From NCBI GenBank assembly GCA_964016885.1, contig OZ024740.1, forward strand, positions 163,370,001-163,434,000: a DNA stretch of 64,000 bases, given 5' to 3'. The notes below the pieces were generated by a model. It worked only from the letters and a program-made list of their open reading frames with translations. It was not told where the DNA came from and did not search any database. Positions 53,985 through 64,000 of this stretch are shown one piece after another (position 1 is the first letter of the stretch; each line of letters starts with the position of its first letter). This DNA is from Eledone cirrhosa. Its lineage: Eukaryota. The position numbers were made by a program, and so were the translations under genes.

Positions 53985-54320
53985 CTACTTTTGGGCACAA
54001 GGCCAGCAATTATCCTAGTACATTACTGGTACTTTATTTTATCGACCCCGTAAGGATGAAAGGCGAAGTTAACCTCGGCGGGAATTGAACTCAGATCGTA
54101 AAGGGACGTAACTATGCTGGAAAGCATAATCCAACCCTCTACCGATACTGCCAATTCGCCGGTTTCTTATCTAGGTACAAGGCCTGCTATTCGTGGGGAG
54201 GGGGAAGTGGATTATATCGACTCTAGAAGGATGAAAGGCAAAGTTGACCGTGGCGGGATTTGATGTCAGAACTCAGAATGCTGGAACGAATACCGCAAGG
54301 TATTCTATCCGTTGTTGCAA
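53985..54320 (-). mobile_element. Two tandem SINE family 1 copies
   Basis: Reverse complement of the family core at ~54025-54095 and ~54215-54265. Confidence 0.7.
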
Positions 54321-54407
54321 CCGTTCGTCTTTCTCTCTCTTTAAATATGTATAAGGTATATGTGTATGAATGTATGTGTCTCTCTTTCTCTGTCTCTATA
54401 GATATAT

Positions 54408-55830
54408 AGTTTTCCTCATCAGTTTTCTGCTTGGGGTCTCGAATATTTCTACGCATTAAAGACAAGATATCTACCACCAGTGCGTTCAATAACTAGGGTA
54501 ACAAATATAGGATAACAGAAGGGAAAAGGGAAGAAAAGAGATACACAGCGAAAAAAACGGGAAACAACAAATCGAAGAGTGTGTGAGTAACTCGAAACTG
54601 AACATAAGTTCTAGATTGTGCGGACGAGCAAAAAGACACGTCTCACCCCTGCGAGTGTGAGTGAGAAAAAGGACTGCTAGAAGGACAGGCGAGGGAAACA
54701 ATGAGGTGGTTGGCAGAGAGAGGGTGAGTGAAATTGAGAGGGAGAAGGGGAGAGAAAGAAAGAGGGGGAAGAGTAGATAGCAACAAAATAGGTAGGTAGA
54801 AGGAGAGAGAAGACGGGTCACAGAAACATGATAAAATATATGAAGAAGAGAAGTGGCTGTGTAGTTGCTTGATAAGGTGGGCTTAAAACTAAGATGAAAG
54901 GAAGAACGGGAGAAGTTTTCCTCATCAGTTGTCTGCTGGGGGTCTCGGATATTGCTACGCATTAAAGACAAGATATAATGGGTGGGCTTGGAAAAAAGCG
55001 AGAAGTGACAGGGTCAGAAGAGAGGATGCGGGAGGAACGGAGGATATGTCGCCGGAATGGTAGGGTGATGGGGTGGTAGGTGAGAGGGAAAGGAACGCGG
55101 GTATTTGGAGGGCGAAGGTGAGGTGAGAGGGCTGTGGTGCGGTCTGTTGTACGGGCGCGGGTCAGAGCAGCTTGGATCAGGGTGGGGGGATATCCACGCT
55201 GGGTGAAGCAGGAAGCCATGCAAAGGGAATGGGTTTCGAAATCCTCATCCTGGCTACAGGCCGACGAAGACAGAGCAATTGGGAAATAGGGTATGGAGTG
55301 TTTGGTGTGGGTTGGATTGGAGGAGGTGAAGTCAAGGTATGACTGGGAGTCTGTTAGTTTAATGAAGATGGAAGTAGAGAGGGTGTGGTGAGAGTGATTA
55401 ATAGAGAGATATCTAGAAAAGCGACATAAGAATCGGAGACGGAGGCCGTGAAAGTGAGAGCAGGATGGAAAGATAGGACAAAGGAAAGAGGGTAGTCGAG
55501 CTGCTCTCGTGATAGAGAGGTGGCGCCGATACAGTCGTCGATATAACTACCGTGTAGCTCAGAAGTCGGTCCAGCGTACTGGGAAAAGATCTGGGCTTCG
55601 ACGTAGCCAACAAACAAGTTGGCATAGTTTGTACCCATTCTGGTTCCCATCGCTACCCCCAGAGACCTGCTGATAGAATTCACCCGAAAAGCCAAAACCA
55701 TTGAGGGCGAGAACAAGCTCAGCTAGACGGAGAAGAGTGGTAGTGCTGGGTTAAGGCGTAGTGCGTAAATCTAAAAAATGTTGAAGAGCGCGGAGGCTGT
55801 CATCATGAGGGATGACGGTAAAGAGAGAGA
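54408..55830 (-). mobile_element. Decayed PLE RT fragment
   Basis: GVAMGTRMGTNYANLFVGYVE, YIDDCIG, FHPALTFT, VAFLDI, F.QRGYP..I.AL.RA, RVPFPLTYHP; ~65-bp direct repeat at 54408-54478 / 54914-54976. Confidence 0.85.
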
Positions 55831-56127
55831 GGTGTATGTATGTATGTATGTTCTATTTTGTTATGGTTTTGATTATATATCTTACCAATGGTATTTAGAC
55901 ATCATCAACTAGATAATTATGTCTGTATGTATGCATTTGTTCGTGTATGTAGGCACAGGTATCATGTATATTTTGCATATATATATATGTTTCTATATCT
56001 ATACACATGTGCATGCAATTATTATATACTAAATTTCTGGAATGTTTTACATATTATGTATGTATGTATGTATGTATGTATGTATGTATGTATGTATGTA
56101 TGTATGTATGTATGTATGTATGTATGT

Positions 56128-57330
56128 ATCCCAGTACAACCTGTCTCATGGTCGGGTCGTTGGCGACTAAACTGGCAACCCCACCAAGGTTTCTTGGTGA
56201 GGAGGGTGACTTTGGACATCCTGCAGGACTAAAAACAAAACCTGTCAAAGGGCAAAGGAGCTCTTAAGAATCAATGGCCATCCAAAACCACCGGAAGAGA
56301 TGACCCCTTAGCCTTTGTCAAGGCAGAATTCTAGGAGAAGGAAAACTCTGATATAACACCTGCAACCCTGATGGTATCCAATGATGTTAACTTGTTCTTC
56401 TTTTTGGTAAATATCATCTTGGTTAAGAGAGTGGGACTGGCTTTGTGCAGTGCCTTTGCTCACTATAAAAGCTTCACGGCACAGGCATTGCTTTATATCT
56501 GGAGATCTCTCTGCACTTGTCCTCACATGGTACCATGGGCCCAGCAGTATGTGTCAATAATTGTCACAGGTGTAGTGTTTGTACCAGAGTTTTCAAGTCG
56601 CTGGCTGGACTAAAAAGTCACACTCGTTCAGCGCATCGGTAGGGGTTCTCCTACATGGATATAAAGTAGTGGCCGTACTCGAAAACGAGTTGGCAGCCAC
56701 CATATATATATATATATGTATGTATGTATGTATATATGTATGCACATGTATGTATGAATGTATGTATGTATGTATGTTATGTTGGGTCACTCTTGAGTGC
56801 TACTGATAACATGTAACCCAGTACAACCTGTCGCATGTTCGGGTCGTCGGCGACTAAACCGGCAACCCCACCAAGTTTACTTGGTGAGGGGGGTGATTTT
56901 GGACACCCTGCAGGACAAAAAACAAAACCTGACAAAGGGCGAAAGAACTCATAAGGGTCAACGGCCATCCAAAAGTGTGTAAATATGTATATACACATGT
57001 ACATATGTATGTATATGTATATGTGTATATACATGGGTGCATGTGTGTGTATATGCGGGGGGACATAGAAATAGTCGGGCTGGACACCCGATCGCGCGGT
57101 TAAACCACTGGGAGTGAAGGACCCCTAGCCTTTGTCAAGGCATTCTTCTAGGAGAAGGCAACTCAGGAAACTAGGGTAACTCCGACATAAAACCTGCGGC
57201 TCAGTAGATTACCGATGATGTTTATCTTTTCTTCTTTTCGGGTTATAGCTACTGTCGCTCAGAGAGTGGGATTGGCTCAGTGCACAGTCTTTCCTCACTT
57301 TAAAAAATATCTTCACGCACAGGCATTTTA
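56128..57330 (+). mobile_element. RTE 5'-UTR-derived non-autonomous repeats (56128-56700, 56775-56975, 57105-57330; also 60101-60330)
   Basis: Repeated blocks cccagtacaacctgtc..ggcgactaaac.ggcaacccc and agcctttgtcaaggc..tctaggagaagg, which resemble RTE 5' UTRs (from recall). Confidence 0.55.
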
Positions 57331-57861
57331 CGATAGAATTAATTAATAATTATTAATAATGGTATATCGTGCAATGGTATATCGATAACGAGGGGGCAGC
57401 CATTTTCATGTATGTATGTATATACGTATGTGTGTGTGAATTTATGAATGTATGCACATGTATGCATTTGTGTATTTATGTATATACGTATGTATGTATA
57501 TATGTATATTTGTATGTATGCATTGATGGATGGATTTATAGATAAATGCATATTCTCTTATGTATTGTCCGTGAAGCAATGAAATTCCTTAAATAGTACA
57601 GCAGATAGCCTTCAATGTTATACCATTTTATCGAACATTCACTCCTTATATAACTGTAGGTATCAGAATTGCACATATTTTTGACAGTCCAAATTTCAGT
57701 AGTAAAAAAATACTTATTCTTTGGCGTTTGGAGCCATTAGCATAACAGCTGGAGATTACAACAACATTAACATTATTTGCGCAGAAAATATTATCGATGA
57801 TTTATTGTTTGCATTTTAAAGCCAAATGTCACTGTTACTAGCCAGTATGTATATCTACATG

Positions 57862-57932
<71 letters not shown>

Positions 57933-58751
57933 GCACACACCCACACCCACACACACACACACACATACATATATATATATTCTTTCGTTAAGCCCTGGCT
58001 CTCTCTATCTCCTATTAAGATCTACCCATACGTTGAAAATGCATCTATCAAGTCTTTATCAAAGTCTTTGTGTCACATTTATTCCCTTTCACAAACATAT
58101 ATGCTGATTCGTGACACCAACAAATCCTAAATATATTAATTGCTGAATGTATTGGTTTAGATTTAGAGGTGCGCGGTCATCTGGTTTGGGTGTTGGGCAT
58201 ATGAGTGCAAGGTCATGAGGTTAATACCCGGACCGAGGAGCACTATGCTTTTTAGCAATGGACTCCATTTCACTCTGATCCAATCCACTCAGCTGAAAAA
58301 ATGAATACTAGCAGTATCTCTGAGTAAACTTTATAAATGACTAGCATCACGTCCAAGAAGCAGATTTGTACACTACACATTATTGTTTAATGCCTCGTAA
58401 AACCGAGATGAAATTTGTCTTAATAAATCTCTAAACTCGGAATAGACTTTAACTTATTGATTATTCACCAAACATGTATATAATCAGATGTAGTCAAACA
58501 TCTCTCTCTATATATATAGACGTGTCTGTGTGTATGGGCCTGTGTGTGTATGTGCCTGTGTGCACGTCTGTGTATCTTTGTATGTGTGTATTTTTTTAAT
58601 GAGATTTAAACTTGTCTAATTTACAAAACACTAGTTTGAATCGCTTCAGTAAATTACAAACTCAAGTCTAGCAATTATTCCAATACAGACAAATAATTAT
58701 ATAATCCCTTCTTGCTTTGGGTCGCCACCAAATCTAATAAACGCACTTACT

Positions 58752-58786
<35 letters not shown>

Positions 58787-58922
58787 TTCATTTATATATA
58801 TATTCATAGACATATATATATATACGTATATGTACACATTTACATATATATATGAGTGTATGTATGTATGTACATATATGTATATTTATATGCTTGAGTG
58901 TGTATGTATATGTATATATATA

Positions 58923-58998
<76 letters not shown>

Positions 58999-59446
58999 TC
59001 CTTTTGTTTCTCTCTCTTTCTCTCTCCTTTGATCAACACATTCAAATTAATTAGTGCCAAAACACGTGTTATCACATTGAGAGATCTCGTTATAAACTGT
59101 TAGCAACAAACATGCTGAAAAGGCATGAAAGACGGTCATTAGCGTGATAATATCTCGCAACATAATCATTAAATTTATTTTACAATTATTTAGAGATATA
59201 TTTTAAACACATCAATGTTAAGGTTTTCGTTGTGTCTTTTAGCCTCAACGTGATTGAGTAAAGTTATGATTAAATGTAGCCTACATATGATCAGCCCGTG
59301 GTTTATAGATATACAGCAATACATTATCATTCCTTGTTTCATCCAGTGGAATGTAATGTAATTTTTGGGACGTTTCTGCCACTTCTTGGTACGGCGTTCT
59401 TTCGCTGACACAAGCAAATTGACCTTTATAAAATTGGTGTTGGGAA

Positions 59447-59516
<70 letters not shown>

Positions 59517-59520
<4 letters not shown>

Positions 59521-59715
59521 CGCACCGTTTCCTTTCGCTATATGTCTCTCCACCACTCCCCTACACACCTTTTGAACTCTGTTCCCACACACTTCTCACC
59601 TGAAGAAGGGCTTATGCCCGAAACGTCGTCCCCCACCTACCCCCCACTCTCCTGAGCGTGAATTTAATAAACATTTATTGTACTGCCTCTCTGTTCTGTC
59701 CCCGTTCAATTTTTC

Positions 59716-59720
<5 letters not shown>
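59517..59720 (+). mobile_element. Solo pLTR with hammerhead core (59600-59630)
   Basis: CTGAAGA-agggc-ttat-gccc-GAAA-cgtcgtc; reverse complement of 37656-37856; (TA)n on both sides. Confidence 0.78.
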
Positions 59721-59776
<56 letters not shown>

Positions 59777-59780
59777 ATAT

Positions 59781-62700
59781 AAATAATAAAATAAGATGCT
59801 GAGGTTACATATATCGTTTAATCATAATAATTATTTCCACGGTTCTCCATGCAATCGAGATGTCCTTCATGCATTTGCTGTTGATCATGAGAACGGTTTC
59901 CTCAGATGAAGATCGATATACTTGATATGCCGCTGGCAGGAAAACACACACCCTAATGCCTGTGCGCCCAGCATACATATGAGTTCCTTGAAATGGCAAA
60001 CCCTTCAAGGAACTCATATGTATGCTGGGCGCACAGGCATTAGGATGTGTGTTTTCCTGCCAGCGGCATATCAAATATATCGATCTTCATCTGAGGAAAC
60101 TACTGGGAGTGAAGGACCCCTAGCCTTTGTCAAGGCATTCTTCTAGGAGAAGGCAACTCAGGAAACTGGGGTAACTCCGATATAAAACCTGCGGCTCAGT
60201 AGTTACCGATGATGTTGATCTTTTCTTCTTTTCGGGTTATAGCTACTGTCGCTCAGAGAGTGGCATTGGCTCAGTGCACAGTCTTTCCTCACTTTAAAAA
60301 TTATCTTCATGCACAGGCATTGCACGATAGAGTTGAATAATAATGCCCTTAGTAATGCTGGGTACAAGGAAGGAATTAAGTTTATACCTAGTCTAAGGAA
60401 GTACGGTACCGCTGACAGTAACACTTCAGTGGGAATCAACGACGGGATCAACACGACTATGACTTCATTACTCGTCCCTGATACAACACCACTGAGTAAT
60501 CCTGGAGGAACTGCTAACCATGGCTTATCAGAAAGAGACCGGACTTCGCCTACTTTGGAAAGCAGTGAAGCCGTCGCGGTGGACAAGTGTGAGCCCGGAA
60601 GTGAGCGTGGAAGGTACTAACCGCCTCAGCTCGGGGTGCTCCGATCGGCGTAACCAACCCAGCGGGCAGCGACGAATTGGGGGGCATGGCTATTCCAGAC
60701 GTCCACAGCGTATACATAACACATACTCTGACGGAACGGGTGCGGGGACTGGTGGCTACAACAAGAAGCGAACCCGTTCCCGTAATGTCATTTGGTTTAA
60801 CCCCACCTTTTACGCCGGTTTACGCAACAACATAGCGGTCTCGTTCTTCAGGGCTTTGGATAAGCACTTCCATAAGCAATACCGGTACCACGCCATCTTC
60901 AACAGGCACACGGTTAAATTGTCCTACTCCACAACTAGAAACCTAGCACAAAACATAGAAGCCTTGAACCGCAGTAGATTAAAAAACGGCCGCAACTCCA
61001 GGGGAAACAGCAACCGTGAGAAGACACACCGCGCAAATACCTCTTCCTCTGTTGGTAACATCTTGGACCGTTAAAGACCGGGGAATCACACAACGCGTTC
61101 CGGTGATACAGGCGGCAACACCTCTCCGGGTTGTAATTGTAGGAACCTCAGTAGGTGCCTCGGCAGTGGCTTAGTATATGAATGTAGGGTGAATACCAGC
61201 AACCATGCCTTCACCTATATCGGAGCCACGGCTAATAAGTTTAAGGAACGCTGGTACCATCACTACCACACCTTTAGGATAAGAAGCACAGCACCGCCCT
61301 CTCGGAACTAGTGTGGCGTCTCAAACGGGATAACTTAGAATTCACCATGTCGTGGTCCAAGGTAGCATCGGCTCAACCCTACAGAGAGAGTGGACATGAC
61401 TCGTTCGATTTTTGTGCTACCGAGATTATGGAAATAATCAAGAGGGGAGCTCGAGTTATCAATAAAAGGAGTAACCTCTTCAGGACCTGCCTCCACAGAT
61501 CTTCTGGAACCTTCCTCAAACTGTACGGACTAGCAACGTAGTGGTGATAGTTGAACACTTTTGCAATCTTGTCCGTGGAAGCCGGGCATAGCCTCGCGGC
61601 AACCCCAACGACAGGCGAACCTTGGATATCTTGTTTGCACACCTGGAGTCTCTATGTGTACTTGTTTTCTTGTCATTTGTTCCCTATTCCTCTGTTTATA
61701 TACCTACTGCTGTTTTTTTTATGTATTCTGTCCCGTTCCTTTATTATCGTGTTCTCTATATGTATTCTTGTTTCTTCAATTTGTTCCTGTTCCTACTTTC
61801 GCTTCTCGTAACTCTCTTCCATGGCCTAACAGCCCTTTTGATATTATTGTTGCCACTGTGGTTGGGACTGAATGTTATGATCATTGCTGGCCTTGTGCCT
61901 TCCAGTGATAGAGGAGGATTGTATTAACTGGGAATGTTTTTTTTCATATATATAAATACCCATCTATATTTTCTATCCCATTTTCACCTCCTTGTTTCAA
62001 CGGACTACTATTGTGGTTAGTTTAATTTTCATGGAAGCGTGGCGTTTTTCCTGTTGCCGCCGTCGCCGTGGTGGGATCATCACTGGTGTTGTTGTTGTTA
62101 TTGGTGTTACCAATGGCTTAATACTGACATAGATGATACCACTACTACTGCGACGAACGGGATGGGTGATGGGCGGTGTTGGTGTTTGTTGTCGCTGTCA
62201 TTGTTGTTGTTACTGTTTATGGTCATGGTGACTGATACCACCAACTCTGTGTACCCACCTACCTCTAAACTTCTTTTTATTGCTTTGGCGTTATCGCTGT
62301 TTACGGTCAATAGGGTGGTACCGTCACTGCGACGACTACGACCTGTATACACGACGCTGGTCTGTGTTTTTGCTGTTGTTTGTTGCTGTTGTCGTTGTAA
62401 ATGTTTTTACTGTAGCTGTTGTTTTAGTTGTTGTTGTCAATAGGGTGATTGTATCAGCACGACTATTGCGACCAGTGTGGATAACTTTGGTCGGCGGTTT
62501 GATGTTATTGTCATTGTTGTTGTAGTTGTCGTTGTCGTTGTTGTTGTTGTCTATAGGTGGTCGTCAACTAAATATATACTCCCCCCCCCCCCCATCAGAA
62601 CTCCTTGTGTTCCTTCAACTGTCTACTGGGTTTTAGTTACACACGGTTCTTCGTTCTTTTCGTCTTTTTTCGGTGATAGCTTTTTCTAACAAACGCGAAT

Positions 62701-62928
62701 GGCTGGCAAACCCTTCAAGGAACTCATATGTATGCTGCTGGGCGTATAGGCGTTAGGATGTGTGTTTTCCTGCCAGCAGCATATCAAATATATCGATCTT
62801 CATCTGAGGAAACCGTTCTCATAATCAACAGCAAATGCATGAAGGACATCTCGATTGCATGGAGAACCGTGGAAATAATTATTATGATTAAACGATATAT
62901 GTAACCTCAGCATCTTATTTTATTATTT
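59781..62928 (+). mobile_element. Neptune-type PLE 3' half with an inverted pLTR and a 205-bp palindrome
   Basis: RSRNVIWFNPTF..FFRALDKHF..IFNRHTVKLSYST, CNCRN, VYEC..YIGATANKFKERWYHH; arms 59781-59989 and 62713-62928; hairpin 59896-60100. Confidence 0.88.
62800..62887 (+). ncRNA. Hammerhead with long stem II (mirror copy 59822-59909, minus)
   Basis: tcat-CTGAGGA-aaccgttctc...gagaaccgtg-GAAA-taattatT-atga; palindromic stem III. Confidence 0.75.
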
Positions 62929-63015
62929 TTATTAAATTTTCCATCGTAACTAAAACAACGATTGTTAAGAGCTTTCTCCTGCTTACTCCTGTTTTTACCA
63001 AAACAATATTTTCCG

Positions 63016-63085
<70 letters not shown>

Positions 63086-63194
63086 GGATACTATTTATGG
63101 TTATGTATATACTAAAACTTTTATAGTTATATATATTTTCAACCCTAAACAGTGAAGGTCAGTAATAGGTCATGTGTACAGACATTGGAAAATG

Positions 63195-63437
63195 TTCCGA
63201 AGACTTCAAGCCTAGGTTTGGATGAAACAATTGTAAGTTAATAAATGCTTTGAACATAGCTTTGATTCTTGTGAATTCTATATATATATATATATATTCC
63301 TGATTCCTGATGATTTCTCAAGAATGAAACAGTTCTCGTCCTGTAGAATCTCATCTATATTAAAACTTTTATACTCTGCTATGTATTGAGTACCTTACTT
63401 ACTGTGGTTACCTCCGATTCAACCCGGAACAACTTAC

Positions 63438-63494
<57 letters not shown>

Positions 63495-63557
63495 TTTTAT
63501 TAGACAAGAACTTGTCTGATGACCCTATGCAAAACAGGCGAAACTCCAGAGTAGCAG
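63195..63557 (+). ncRNA. Cluster of three different hammerhead motifs (63197-63235, 63307-63334, 63512-63557)
   Basis: CCGAAGA-cttcaagcc-ta-ggtttggat-GAAA-caattgtA; CTGATGA-tttct-ca-agaat-GAAA-cagtt; ttgt-CTGATGA-ccct..aggc-GAAA-ctc-ca-gagtA-gcag. Confidence 0.65.
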
Positions 63558-64000
63558 AACTCACTATTTAGCCTTAATAAAAATGAATATTACAACTCTA
63601 CATCGGTATTGAGTACTCCTTTCACATGTAGAGTGCACTGCGCAGGCTTCCCTGAGAGGGCGAGTGTTTCAGTTTTCGCAGCACTGATTTTCATTCAGCT
63701 ATGTAACACTCCGCATCAAACCAATCAAGTGCACTTAACTTCTGTCGAGTAATACCATGTCGTCAGCAAATAAATTATTCTGGCAGACAATCCGCCGACT
63801 TCGTAATAAAAAGTCCTCCTCCACACCTGTATCAGGAATGCGCCTGGGGTACTCATCTCTTCAGAGAGGTGCATCCTCGCGAGGTGGAGAGAATACTTTG
63901 CTGATCTCATAAACCCAATCACAACAGCATCTTTGAGCGTACAGGAGGTGCATCTGGGAGTGGTGACTAATCTACATTATATTCCACTGGATTAGACAAG

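Noticed and set aside
63620-64000. Non-repetitive-looking segment at the window edge (exon or LINE fragment)
   Set aside because: No motif could be read confidently, and the segment is truncated by the window.

Overview
Eukaryotic, AT-rich, non-genic (intronic or intergenic) animal DNA with dense (TA)n/(CA)n/(GA)n microsatellites. The repeat landscape suggests a cephalopod such as Octopus, but that is my inference. No intact host gene is supportable; most listed ORFs are microsatellite translations. The window is a stack of decayed mobile elements: (1) a full-length ~2.9 kb Ingi/Vingi-like LINE (1405-4280, minus) with an 11-12 bp TSD and a 5' HDV-like ribozyme whose core closely matches the mammalian CPEB3 ribozyme but has U at the catalytic C; (2) an internally deleted Helitron (6329-~9862, minus) plus non-autonomous Helitron pieces; (3) more than a dozen Penelope-like element (PLE) remnants of several families, most arranged as fold-back inverted repeats between microsatellites, carrying about 25 recognisable minimal hammerhead (HHR) motifs, including family-fixed core variants (U3-A8, U4A, U4C) and a 530-bp tandem HHR array; (4) RTE LINE fragments, tRNA-derived SINEs and a hAT transposase remnant. 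All ribozyme folds were assigned by eye and their activity is untested.
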